The notes below the pieces were generated by a model. It ran no database searches and had not been told where the DNA came from. It saw nothing but the letters and a program-made list of their open reading frames with translations. The translations under genes and the position numbers were made by a program. From a virus, in IMG/VR virus record IMGVR_UViG_3300022665_000250, positions 1 to 42,992 of that record: a stretch of 42,992 bases of DNA. One strand, 5' to 3'. This document shows, one piece after another, positions 27,623 to 34,599 of the stretch (its first letter is position 1; every line of letters begins with the position of its first letter).

Positions 27623-28017
27623 GATTTTTGCCTTTGTAGATTTATTGCGGTATTTAAGCCGTTGGACAAAGAAAACAGTTGCAAATCAGGTGCTTTATAG
27701 TTTGAGTTTAAATTTTCAAATATCCAGATTGACCCAGCCGGTGAATTTTTTGAATAAATTTTATGGTCTAAAAAATAAATATCGCCTTCAAGTACATCAA
27801 AGACAATCCCATCCATCGTCCACGCATCCATCAATATAGCAACAATAGACTCAGGCTCATGGACGTACAGATTTTTCAAAAATCTCAATAAAGCGGTTGC
27901 TTCTTCGCGCCTGGCAGCCGCTTCATGTTCTGCAGCGTCTTCCTCGAGTTTTTCTGCGCGCTCGCGATCATCTTGATGATCGTCTGAAAGTTGTAGTTCG
28001 TATGTCGCCTCGCTCAT
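27619..28017 (-). CDS. hypothetical protein with acidic N-terminus
   Basis: 132-aa co-oriented ORF. Confidence 0.5.
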   Translation of the reverse strand: MSEATYELQLSDDHQDDRERAEKLEEDAAEHEAAARREEATALLRFLKNLYVHEPESIVAILMDAWTMDGIVFDVLEGDIYFLDHKIYSKNSPAGSIWIFENLNSNYKAPDLQLFSLSNGLNTAINLQRQKS

Positions 28018-28035
28018 TTGATAATTCCTTTTTTA

Positions 28036-28290
28036 TTAGCCGTCGCCGGAGCCGTCGCCGTAGCCGGAGCCGTAGCCGGAGCCGTCGCCGTAGCCGGAGC
28101 CGTCGCCGTAGCCGGAGCCGTAGCCGTCGCCGTAGCCGTCGCCGTCGCCGGAGCCGTAGCCGGAGCCGTCGCCGTAGCCGGAGCCGTAGCCGTCGCCGTA
28201 GCCGTCGCCGTAGCCGGAGCCGTAGCCGTAGCCGTAGCCGTCGCCGTTATGCAGGCTCACATCAAAAGCGCATAAACTAATTGACTTCAT
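28036..28290 (-). CDS. dipeptide-repeat protein: 15-aa head + G(XG)34, X = Asp(11)/Tyr(14)/Ser(9)
   Basis: The ATG has GGGAG 9 nt upstream and overlaps the end of the upstream gene by 14 nt. It is co-oriented with the operon. Gly is always GGC and X is always GAC/TAC/TCC. Confidence 0.55.
   Translation of the reverse strand: MKSISLCAFDVSLHNGDGYGYGYGSGYGDGYGDGYGSGYGDGSGYGSGDGDGYGDGYGSGYGDGSGYGDGSGYGSGYGDGSGDG
28039..28245. repeat. 34.5 tandem hexamers GCCGNN (NN = TC/GA/TA) on the plus strand
   Basis: Read directly from the sequence. All six frames lack stops, so the ORF track reports ORFs in several frames. Confidence 0.95.
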
Positions 28291-28657
28291 GTATCGGCGC
28301 TCCCTGAATCGATAATCTCGCCATTTCTGTTATGCTTAAAATCTCGCAAGATTCAGGCAATACTACCGTCTGAACCGACGCGGGAATCTTTGATTTATCA
28401 TGCACAATGCCATTTTCAGCGACACCAGATAGGCTATGAGAGTTATTTGCACATTTCCAATAGTAGAGCCTCCGCGAATTAGTTAATACTACCTCGCGCC
28501 CCTCGTAGCTCTTCAGATATCCGGCATGAACACCAGCATCACGACATCGAACAATGACGTATTCTCCGATCATCTCTTTTTCTTTCGGCTGCGGCTGTTC
28601 GGATTTTTCGTCGTCTATAAGCATCATTATTAACCTTTCTAACAATTCTGTTTTCAT
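28277..28657 (-). CDS. conserved phage protein of unknown function (SRRLYYW...LSGVAENG type), first gene of the early-left operon
   Basis: 126 aa. The motif order VIVRCRDAGVHAGYL...EVVLTNSRRLYYW...SLSGVAENG recalls a widespread phage DUF. Confidence 0.6.
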   Translation of the reverse strand: MKTELLERLIMMLIDDEKSEQPQPKEKEMIGEYVIVRCRDAGVHAGYLKSYEGREVVLTNSRRLYYWKCANNSHSLSGVAENGIVHDKSKIPASVQTVVLPESCEILSITEMARLSIQGAPIHEVN

Positions 28658-28684
28658 TTTTGCGATCCCAGTTGATTACTCGAT

Positions 28685-28712
28685 TTGTGGATATACATTA
28701 GCATCGTAAAAT
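28685..28712 (+). promoter_or_regulatory. candidate rightward early promoter
   Basis: TTGTGG, 16-nt spacer, TAAAAT, about 80 nt upstream of the Cro-like gene. Confidence 0.4.
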
Positions 28713-28723
28713 CAACAATGCAA
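28695..28723 (-). promoter_or_regulatory. candidate leftward early promoter
   Basis: On the minus strand: TTGCAT, 17-nt spacer, TAATGT. It is interdigitated with the rightward promoter. Confidence 0.4.
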
Positions 28724-28739
28724 TACCATATGTTGCATT
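28717..28739. promoter_or_regulatory. operator-like inverted repeat AATGCAA-N9-TTGCATT
   Basis: Perfect 7-bp arms. It covers the leftward -35 and the rightward transcription start region. Confidence 0.4.
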
Positions 28740-28794
28740 TATTTTAAAAGTCTGTAAGATTAAATCATCAGTAAAATCACGGAAATACTTACAT

Positions 28795-28998
28795 ATGCGC
28801 ATGACATTGAAAAATTACCTGGATATGGATGGCGTTACTATTAACGCAACGGCACAAACAATGGGGACTACTCGCGAATCTATACGGCGATGGCGTGACA
28901 ATAAAAACCTAGATGTGCTTGTCGTGTTCGATCCTGCCACGGACAAAATATCTCATATTGAGTTAAACCAAACTAAAATCATCAAGGCGAAATCATGA
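28795..28998 (+). CDS. small HTH DNA-binding protein (Cro-like)
   Basis: 67 aa and the first gene of the rightward operon. Contains INATAQTMGTTRESIRRW, a helix-turn-helix-like segment. Confidence 0.55.
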   Translation: MRMTLKNYLDMDGVTINATAQTMGTTRESIRRWRDNKNLDVLVVFDPATDKISHIELNQTKIIKAKS

Positions 28999-29408
28999 CT
29001 AGAAAAGTGCTGTGGAGAGGGCAAACGGATTACGATGACGCGGATGACGACGACTGGGTATACGGGTCGCTAGTAGAGTATTACGGCGATTATAGTATTC
29101 GACAACCCAAATATAATTATGACATCGCTGTTAAATCATCGACCATCGGGCAATTAACTGGCGAGAAAGACGGCGGAGGCAATAGTATTTTTGAGAACGA
29201 TGTTCTGTGCCTTGAGGAGGATTTCAAGCCTCTCTATACAGTCGTGTGGCGCAGGGCAAAAGGGGCGTGGATGGTGATCAATAAAAAAGCAGGAGGGCGG
29301 CCATTCTACCTATGCGATTTCCTGCGTATCAATTCCAGTGCCGTCAATATCGTTGGCAACACCAGCGAGCCAAAATATATTGATTTAATATCAGAGGATG
29401 AGAAATGA
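28995..29408 (+). CDS. YopX-like protein
   Basis: Contains IGQLTGEKDGGGNSIFENDV and a C-terminal IVGNTSEP, following the YopX pattern. This is the second copy in the genome. Confidence 0.6.
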   Translation: MTRKVLWRGQTDYDDADDDDWVYGSLVEYYGDYSIRQPKYNYDIAVKSSTIGQLTGEKDGGGNSIFENDVLCLEEDFKPLYTVVWRRAKGAWMVINKKAGGRPFYLCDFLRINSSAVNIVGNTSEPKYIDLISEDEK

Positions 29409-29590
29409 AAATAGAAATTAACGAAAGGGTGTTGGCCGCGCACAAGAAATACATGGAGGCAAGGAATGAGTATGCGGATTCCATAGGTCTTGAGAATATG
29501 GATAGAGCTTTCAAGATTTACTCTGAAGCCTCGCGTAATTTTGCCATGACCATCGCTCCTTTCGTTGAAGAATCCAACGAGGCAGTATGA
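29405..29590 (+). CDS. hypothetical protein
   Basis: 61-aa ORF with ATGA overlap. Confidence 0.45.
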   Translation: MKIEINERVLAAHKKYMEARNEYADSIGLENMDRAFKIYSEASRNFAMTIAPFVEESNEAV

Positions 29591-29670
29591 ATATGGGGGG
29601 TATCTACGATTAAGTGGATAAATCTCTTAAAATAATTGCCATTAACAACTGATATCAAACAAGGATTGTT

Positions 29671-29847
29671 ATGAAACTTATCGTCAATAAAAAAGAAATT
29701 GAAATTATAGTAGCGCGGCATCTATCCAAGACATACGGGGACACGATGATTTTTATTCATACCAAATTTGATGAGGCCGGGGAGAATATTGTGGTTGATT
29801 TGAGCGACGTATCGATTGCTGACGAGATAATTACCCGGAGGGATTAG
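29671..29847 (+). CDS. 58-aa hypothetical protein
   Basis: ATG with AAGGA 5 nt upstream. Below the ORF-track cutoff. The antisense ORF 29518..29721 was judged spurious. Confidence 0.4.
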   Translation: MKLIVNKKEIEIIVARHLSKTYGDTMIFIHTKFDEAGENIVVDLSDVSIADEIITRRD

Positions 29848-29851
29848 GCGC

Positions 29852-29895
29852 ATTACCAATAAATTACCAGTAAATTACCAGTAAATTAAGGGTGA
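29852..29895 (+). repeat. array A: 11-bp phased tandem repeats ATTACCA(A/G)TAA x3 plus a degenerate unit ATTAAGGGTGA containing the SD
   Basis: Read directly; units start at 29852, 29863, 29874 and 29885. A related copy, ATAATTACCCGG, is at 29827. Confidence 0.9.
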
Positions 29896-29900
29896 GAAAT

Positions 29901-30308
29901 ATGAAGGAATCAGAATTAGAGATACTTGAAAAGTTTGTTAAAGAGGAACGAGAACGAATAACGATTGAAGAAAAAGAAGCCTATGAAGCTGGGCCTCATA
30001 AATCTTTTTCGCTGGGGGATTGGGTCACAGACGGAGAAATCATAGGAACTGTGCACTATTGCGAAGAAGTTGGCTATCTCCATATTAACATCAAGAATAA
30101 AAATGGCGGGCTACTCGGCCAGACTCGGTCCGATAAATACGTTCTTGTTGATGATGAAGTGAGAGATTATTACACGCAAGAACACGAACTGGTTGTTTTT
30201 CTCACCGGAGAGGATATCGAAGCTATACTCAGGAAGCTAGGGCCGAGGAATTATAATCCAAGTAAATCAAAAGATAAATTATTGGATGCTCTAGAAAAAC
30301 TACGTTAA
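29901..30308 (+). CDS. hypothetical protein
   Basis: The ORF track starts at GTG 29892. I prefer ATG 29901, which has AAGGGTGA 5 nt upstream. Confidence 0.55.
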   Translation: MKESELEILEKFVKEERERITIEEKEAYEAGPHKSFSLGDWVTDGEIIGTVHYCEEVGYLHINIKNKNGGLLGQTRSDKYVLVDDEVRDYYTQEHELVVFLTGEDIEAILRKLGPRNYNPSKSKDKLLDALEKLR

Positions 30309-30319
30309 GAGGAAACGAG

Positions 30320-30384
30320 ATAATTACCGGATAATTACCGGATAATTACCGGATAATTACCGATAAATCACTGATAAATTAAGG
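30320..30384 (+). repeat. array B: 11-bp phased tandem repeats ATAATTACCGG x3 plus three degenerate units ending ATAAATTAAGG (SD)
   Basis: Read directly; units start at 30320, 30331, 30342, 30353, 30363 and 30374. Confidence 0.9.
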
Positions 30385-30391
30385 ATGTAAT

Positions 30392-30619
30392 ATGAAAACA
30401 TTTGAAATGAACCAAACACAAATGGACGCGCTAATGGCTGCATGTAAGCCTGTGGCGATGATTGCATTGCAATGCCGTACGCCATCGTCTCCCCAGGAAA
30501 ACGCTAATAATGCATGGGAGAAATTAGGCCAGGAGATGGGATTTGACCACATGACGGTGCGGCCAATTTCAGGGAAATCACAGCTTTTCTTTACTGCTGA
30601 GTGTAAGAGTACACCATAG
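30392..30619 (+). CDS. hypothetical protein
   Basis: 75-aa ORF with AAGGA 6 nt upstream. Confidence 0.55.
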   Translation: MKTFEMNQTQMDALMAACKPVAMIALQCRTPSSPQENANNAWEKLGQEMGFDHMTVRPISGKSQLFFTAECKSTP

Positions 30620-30740
30620 ATGGTATGATCAACTTCGCGGCGCCCGGTTTCAGCCTGATCCCTGTTTCTGGTCCTCATTCCTAAACCCTCGGGGTGTCGC
30701 GTTTATTTTTAAATTAGGGGTATAAATTAGGAAAATTTTA

Positions 30741-31355
30741 ATGAGTTTTGAAGCGGCCGCTTGGGCCATAAAACAAAAAACAAACAGGCCTATTGAAAAA
30801 TTAATTCTTATCGCTTTATGCGACTGCTATAACAAAAACAATTCAAGATGTGACCCGTCAATAATTTATCTCTCGGAAGTGGCGATATGTTCCGAGCGAC
30901 AGGCGACTAGATCTATCAACCAATTAGTTATCCAGGGATTTATATCTGCCTGTAGAAAAACAGGCAGGAGAACCAATTACAATATCAACTTAACCCCTGA
31001 CTCACAGTCACCCCACCCCCGACTCACAGTCACCCCCACCCCTGACTCACAGTCCAAAACCCCTGACTCACAGTCACCCGAACCAGTAAGAACCATTAAT
31101 TTAACCAGTAAGATACCGATACCAGATTTTATTGATAAAAAAATGTGGTCTGATTTTTTGGAGATGCGGGGAAAGAAAAAGAACTCGGATGTTTCTTTGA
31201 AGCGGATCATCAACGAACTAACGAAATTTGAAGCTAAAGGGATGGATGTGAACCAGGTGCTCAATAACTCAATCATGAGCTCATGGATCGGTGTCTTCCC
31301 AATAAAAGAATTCAAATTAGACAATCAACCACCTGCGAGGATTGTAGGCCGATGA
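30741..31355 (+). CDS. replication initiator (lambda O-like, N-terminal winged-HTH) containing the origin iterons
   Basis: The N-terminus (AAAWAIKQKTNRPIEKLILIALCDCYN...IYLSEVAICSERQATRSINQL) looks like HTH_36-type replication proteins. It lies upstream of DnaB with an ATGA overlap and has an internal 4x repeat. Confidence 0.6.
   Translation: MSFEAAAWAIKQKTNRPIEKLILIALCDCYNKNNSRCDPSIIYLSEVAICSERQATRSINQLVIQGFISACRKTGRRTNYNINLTPDSQSPHPRLTVTPTPDSQSKTPDSQSPEPVRTINLTSKIPIPDFIDKKMWSDFLEMRGKKKNSDVSLKRIINELTKFEAKGMDVNQVLNNSIMSSWIGVFPIKEFKLDNQPPARIVGR
30994..31113. repeat. putative origin: four ~20-bp iterons CCCCTGACTCACAGTCACC(C) at ~22-bp spacing, then AT-rich DNA with 2x AACCAGTAAGA
   Basis: GACTCACAGTC cores at 30999, 31021, 31044 and 31065, each with GACT/AGTC dyad symmetry. 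AACCAGTAAGA occurs at 31081 and 31103. The architecture resembles ori-lambda inside gene O. Confidence 0.55.
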
Positions 31356-32572
31356 TTCTAAACATTGAAAAACAAGTCTTGTCGACGGTCATGTGCGAAT
31401 TCAATCCGATCCCGCTCGATCTCAACCCTAATCACTTTTCGACATCTGAGGGCCAGAAAATATACAGGGCCGCGCTCGATGTCGCTCACGATGGACTGAT
31501 CACCAATGTTTTTTCTGTCGCTGAGAAATTGTTCGATGCAGACAAACAAACCGATTGGCAACCGATCATTGCTTCAATCGTTTTGGAAAACCCTGCTAGC
31601 AATGTCAACATCGAGTCCTATGTCAACATCGTAAAAAACGAATATTACCAGCGCAAATCCGAACGTGCCGCTAAAATCTATCTGAACAAAGTTGTCGACA
31701 GGGACGCTAGCGCGTTATCTGGATTGCTGGGATCGATGGGTGCGGATGTCAACTACCACGCAAATCAAAAAGAATCACTGAAATCTGTATTTGATCGACT
31801 AGACGAGATTTCCAACGGCGGGCTGCCTGCAGTGAGCACGGGGCTGAGAAAATTGGATGATTTGCTGGGTGGCTGGCAGGATTCACATTTGATTGTTTTG
31901 GCCGCTAGGACGGGCGTGGGCAAAACCGCTGCGATGTGTAATTTTGCGCTCAGTGCTGATTGCTCAGTTGGGATTATTTCTGCTGAGCAGAGCCATCGGG
32001 AATTGATGCAACGGATGCTCGCTATTCACAGCGGCGTGTTCGGGTCAAAATTCAGAACCGGCGCTATGAGTGTAATGGATTTTAATCTGCTATCAAAAAG
32101 CACCGAATATATATCTGAGCGGAAAATCAGGTTTTATGACAAAGGGATGCCGAATATCGACGCGGTTGTGAACGCTGCGATACAAATGAAGCATCAAGAT
32201 GACATCAAGATTCTGTTCGTAGATTACATTCAATTCATAAAGTCTGACGTTGGATTTTCCAGGCACGAAAATATTGGAGATATTACCGGGACTCTCAAGT
32301 CGCTAGCAAAGCAATTGAAAATACCTGTTGTGGCCTTGGCTCAAGTTGGTCGACAAGCTGAGGGGCGAATGCCGATGCTTTCGGATTTGCGCGAATCGGG
32401 ATCAATTGAGCAGGATGCTGATGTTGTTATTTTTTTACATCGAGAGGCGATGACTAATCAGACATCAAATCCAAATCACATGGACGTCAACGTGGCAAAG
32501 AACCGGCACGGCCCAACGGAAATCATTGCTGTGCAGTGGATCAAGGATTTAATGAGGATAGCAGACCTATGA
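31352..32572 (+). CDS. dnaB: replicative DNA helicase DnaB family
   Basis: Walker A (ARTGVGKT), LFVDYIQ Walker B region, SDLRESGSIEQDADVV motif. I prefer ATG 31352 (ATGA overlap) over track start 31283. Confidence 0.85.
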   Translation: MILNIEKQVLSTVMCEFNPIPLDLNPNHFSTSEGQKIYRAALDVAHDGLITNVFSVAEKLFDADKQTDWQPIIASIVLENPASNVNIESYVNIVKNEYYQRKSERAAKIYLNKVVDRDASALSGLLGSMGADVNYHANQKESLKSVFDRLDEISNGGLPAVSTGLRKLDDLLGGWQDSHLIVLAARTGVGKTAAMCNFALSADCSVGIISAEQSHRELMQRMLAIHSGVFGSKFRTGAMSVMDFNLLSKSTEYISERKIRFYDKGMPNIDAVVNAAIQMKHQDDIKILFVDYIQFIKSDVGFSRHENIGDITGTLKSLAKQLKIPVVALAQVGRQAEGRMPMLSDLRESGSIEQDADVVIFLHREAMTNQTSNPNHMDVNVAKNRHGPTEIIAVQWIKDLMRIADL

Positions 32573-33039
32573 TCACCTCAAAACCTACGCGCTACAACGG
32601 GATTGTTTATCGATCCAGGCTTGAGGCTAAATGGGCGGCAATGTTTGATCTTTTAGATATAAAATTTGAATATGAGCCAGCCCATTACATGACATCGATC
32701 GGTGGATATTTGCCCGATTTTCTTCTTGACGGGAAATTGATTGTTGAGATTAAGCCGATTATCCCGACAAGTGATGAGTTTACAAAGCTTTGTGATGTTG
32801 GTAATCAGACCGATAAGACCTGTATTTTTCTTTGTGGTTTTCCCTTGTCTGCAGATGCAGAATGCGTGTATCTACTCAACAGACAGACGACAAGTTTTTT
32901 GGGTATTTTTGGCGTTAGTGTAATCCAAGAGCATAGGATTAATTATTTCCTTTCTGCTGTGAGAAACAAATTTAAGACCAGAAGGGTCATGGATATTTTA
33001 AAAGAAATCACCGCGAAGTTCAGGAACAGCTATGGATAA
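32569..33039 (+). CDS. PD-(D/E)XK nuclease-like protein
   Basis: YRSRLEAKWAAMFDLL...FEYEP...YLPDFLL...IVEIKP gives a D..E.K motif. The start was chosen at the ATGA overlap with dnaB. Confidence 0.55.
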   Translation: MITSKPTRYNGIVYRSRLEAKWAAMFDLLDIKFEYEPAHYMTSIGGYLPDFLLDGKLIVEIKPIIPTSDEFTKLCDVGNQTDKTCIFLCGFPLSADAECVYLLNRQTTSFLGIFGVSVIQEHRINYFLSAVRNKFKTRRVMDILKEITAKFRNSYG

Positions 33040-33178
33040 ATTATCACGCCCCTGGGATTGTATTTATTCGCCGTTTGAGCTGGAGATAGCGCGCAGATGC
33101 CGGAAGACTTTGCCGGATGAGGATTATGCTGTTAAAGCTCTTGATATTGAAATGACACAGATTAAAGTTGAGGAATGA
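33032..33178 (+). CDS. 48-aa hypothetical protein
   Basis: Overlaps both neighbours (an 8-nt overlap upstream and an ATGA overlap downstream). Below the track cutoff. Confidence 0.35.
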   Translation: MDKLSRPWDCIYSPFELEIARRCRKTLPDEDYAVKALDIEMTQIKVEE

Positions 33179-33429
33179 GTATGGAAATTGTAATTGGCAT
33201 TGGGGCATTTTGGATCTTATGCGGGGTTTTAGATTACGGAATTATGCTGGCTTATTTTCAACGAGAATTCCCAGTTATTGCCGAGTTCATGTTTGAGGAA
33301 GATAGAAGAGATTCGATTTCATTTTTTGCTTTAGGCCCAATATCACTCGCCGACGATCTACTATCTGGCTATGGAAAGCACGGCCTGATGTTCAGAAATC
33401 CACACAAAAGGAATGAAAATGAGACATAA
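33175..33429 (+). CDS. small membrane protein
   Basis: 84 aa with an N-terminal hydrophobic segment. Confidence 0.45.
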   Translation: MSMEIVIGIGAFWILCGVLDYGIMLAYFQREFPVIAEFMFEEDRRDSISFFALGPISLADDLLSGYGKHGLMFRNPHKRNENET

Positions 33430-33607
33430 ACTGGAAAAAGGCACTGCAACGGTGATTCTGGAAATTGCCCTTTCGTTGACGTTAAAAGACAAGATCCGGC
33501 TTGAGTCGAAAAAATACGGTATGAACATGAGCGAATACGTTAGGGAGACCGTGTTGCACAGGATTGATGTGGATAATTTTACGGATAGTGAAGAATCTTT
33601 GAAGTAG
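33413..33607 (+). CDS. ribbon-helix-helix (CopG/Arc-like) protein
   Basis: Contains LTLKDKIRLESKKYGMNMSEYVRETVLHRI, an RHH pattern. Confidence 0.5.
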   Translation: MKMRHKLEKGTATVILEIALSLTLKDKIRLESKKYGMNMSEYVRETVLHRIDVDNFTDSEESLK

Positions 33608-33672
33608 GGCTTGAATCATCCGGGTGATTGGACTATAGTGGGGCATATCAACGCAAAACAGGGATCAAGAAA

Positions 33673-34032
33673 ATGGAAGTATCACTAACAAAAGAGCAAG
33701 CGATCGAGATTGCAACTAACGCAATCAATGCTTCGGCCCCGATGGGTATGGGTCGTATTCACTTCGAAGATAAGAACTACACACAAGACGAAGTAGCAAA
33801 ATCATTCGGAAATGATGACCAAGCATCATTCGATTACTACCACGGAAGAATGGTAAAACTTCATTTCTTCAAATCTCCCAATGGAGATTACATATTCCCC
33901 TCTCTTGTCGACGTTGAATACCAATCCTGGGCTGGAAAGTACCCGACCTATGAGGATTTAATTTTGTCGGTTGTGCCTGATGCCACTTTTGAGGAGATAG
34001 CATCAACAACCGAGACCGCCAGGAGAGACTGA
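33673..34032 (+). CDS. hypothetical protein
   Basis: I prefer the ATG at 33673 over the TTG track start at 33628. Confidence 0.5.
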   Translation: MEVSLTKEQAIEIATNAINASAPMGMGRIHFEDKNYTQDEVAKSFGNDDQASFDYYHGRMVKLHFFKSPNGDYIFPSLVDVEYQSWAGKYPTYEDLILSVVPDATFEEIASTTETARRD

Positions 34033-34181
34033 CACTGAATTTACGAGCAGCGGCTAAACGTCATAGGGCCAGCATGAGGTTCCGACTCTGACCGGTTGAA
34101 AAGGGGAAGGGCCAAGCAATAGTGCATACTCGGGGGCGTGACTTGTAGGAGAGACTACTACCAATTTAGAGAGAGGACGAA

Positions 34182-34397
34182 ATGTTTAGCACCAGTCAAA
34201 AGCAGAAAATTTCACAGAATATTCAAGACATTCTGAGAGAGACAAATCATCCTGAACTGCCAAATAGCGAGATTAAATTCACTATTCGAATCGAAGGTGC
34301 TGAATCATGGTCATGGGCCGAAATACAAAACAACGGTGCTTATGATGGAAAGCCTGGAAATCCTTTCAATGAATTGTATAAATCTACAAGGAGATGA
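34182..34397 (+). CDS. hypothetical protein
   Basis: 71-aa ORF with GAGAGGA upstream. Confidence 0.5.
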   Translation: MFSTSQKQKISQNIQDILRETNHPELPNSEIKFTIRIEGAESWSWAEIQNNGAYDGKPGNPFNELYKSTRR

Positions 34398-34574
34398 TTT
34401 CAAGTGGCGGCGGCGTGGTAATGGATCGTACATGCCGTAGAGTCAGCACAACAGTCGGCTCTCCGTTAAATACCAAGCAGGGAAACGGCCTGCTCAATGG
34501 ACGCATTAAGCCCAGTGGGAGACAAAACGTTAAAGCCAGAGTAGCGCCTGGCCCGCCACTTAAAATGATTTCAA
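34394..34574 (+). ncRNA. 171-bp insertion-like element / candidate structured RNA
   Basis: The 10-bp direct repeat ATGATTTCAA occurs at 34394 and 34565. A terminal inverted repeat AAGTGGCGG(c)GGCG (34402-15) pairs with CGCC(tggc)CCGCCACTT (34545-61). There are internal helices, including AGCAGG-N7-CCTGCT. The overlapping 68-aa ORF looks non-protein-like. Confidence 0.35.
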
Positions 34575-34599
34575 AAATGAGAAACGAAGGGATAAAATA

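Noticed and set aside
27897-28280. Plus-strand ORFs over the GCCGNN array: a 127-aa Arg/Ser-rich ORF (27897..28280) and an 85-aa Ala/Val/Gly-rich ORF (28018..28275).
   Set aside because: Both are antisense to a tightly packed minus-strand operon. The first also overlaps the real 27619..28017 gene antisense. Both are artefacts of a stop-free simple repeat.
30320-30352. Minus-strand reading of array B, (TTATCCGGTAA)x3, as DnaA boxes.
   Set aside because: Only the first 6 of 9 positions match TTATCCACA, and the CACA part that makes the key contacts is absent.
31283-31351. Upstream start codons proposed by the ORF track for dnaB (31283), the nuclease gene (32536), 33628, 37434 and 29892.
   Set aside because: Each extension overlaps the preceding gene substantially or adds non-conserved residues. 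Internal ATGs with ATGA/TAATG coupling or a good SD give family-typical N-termini.
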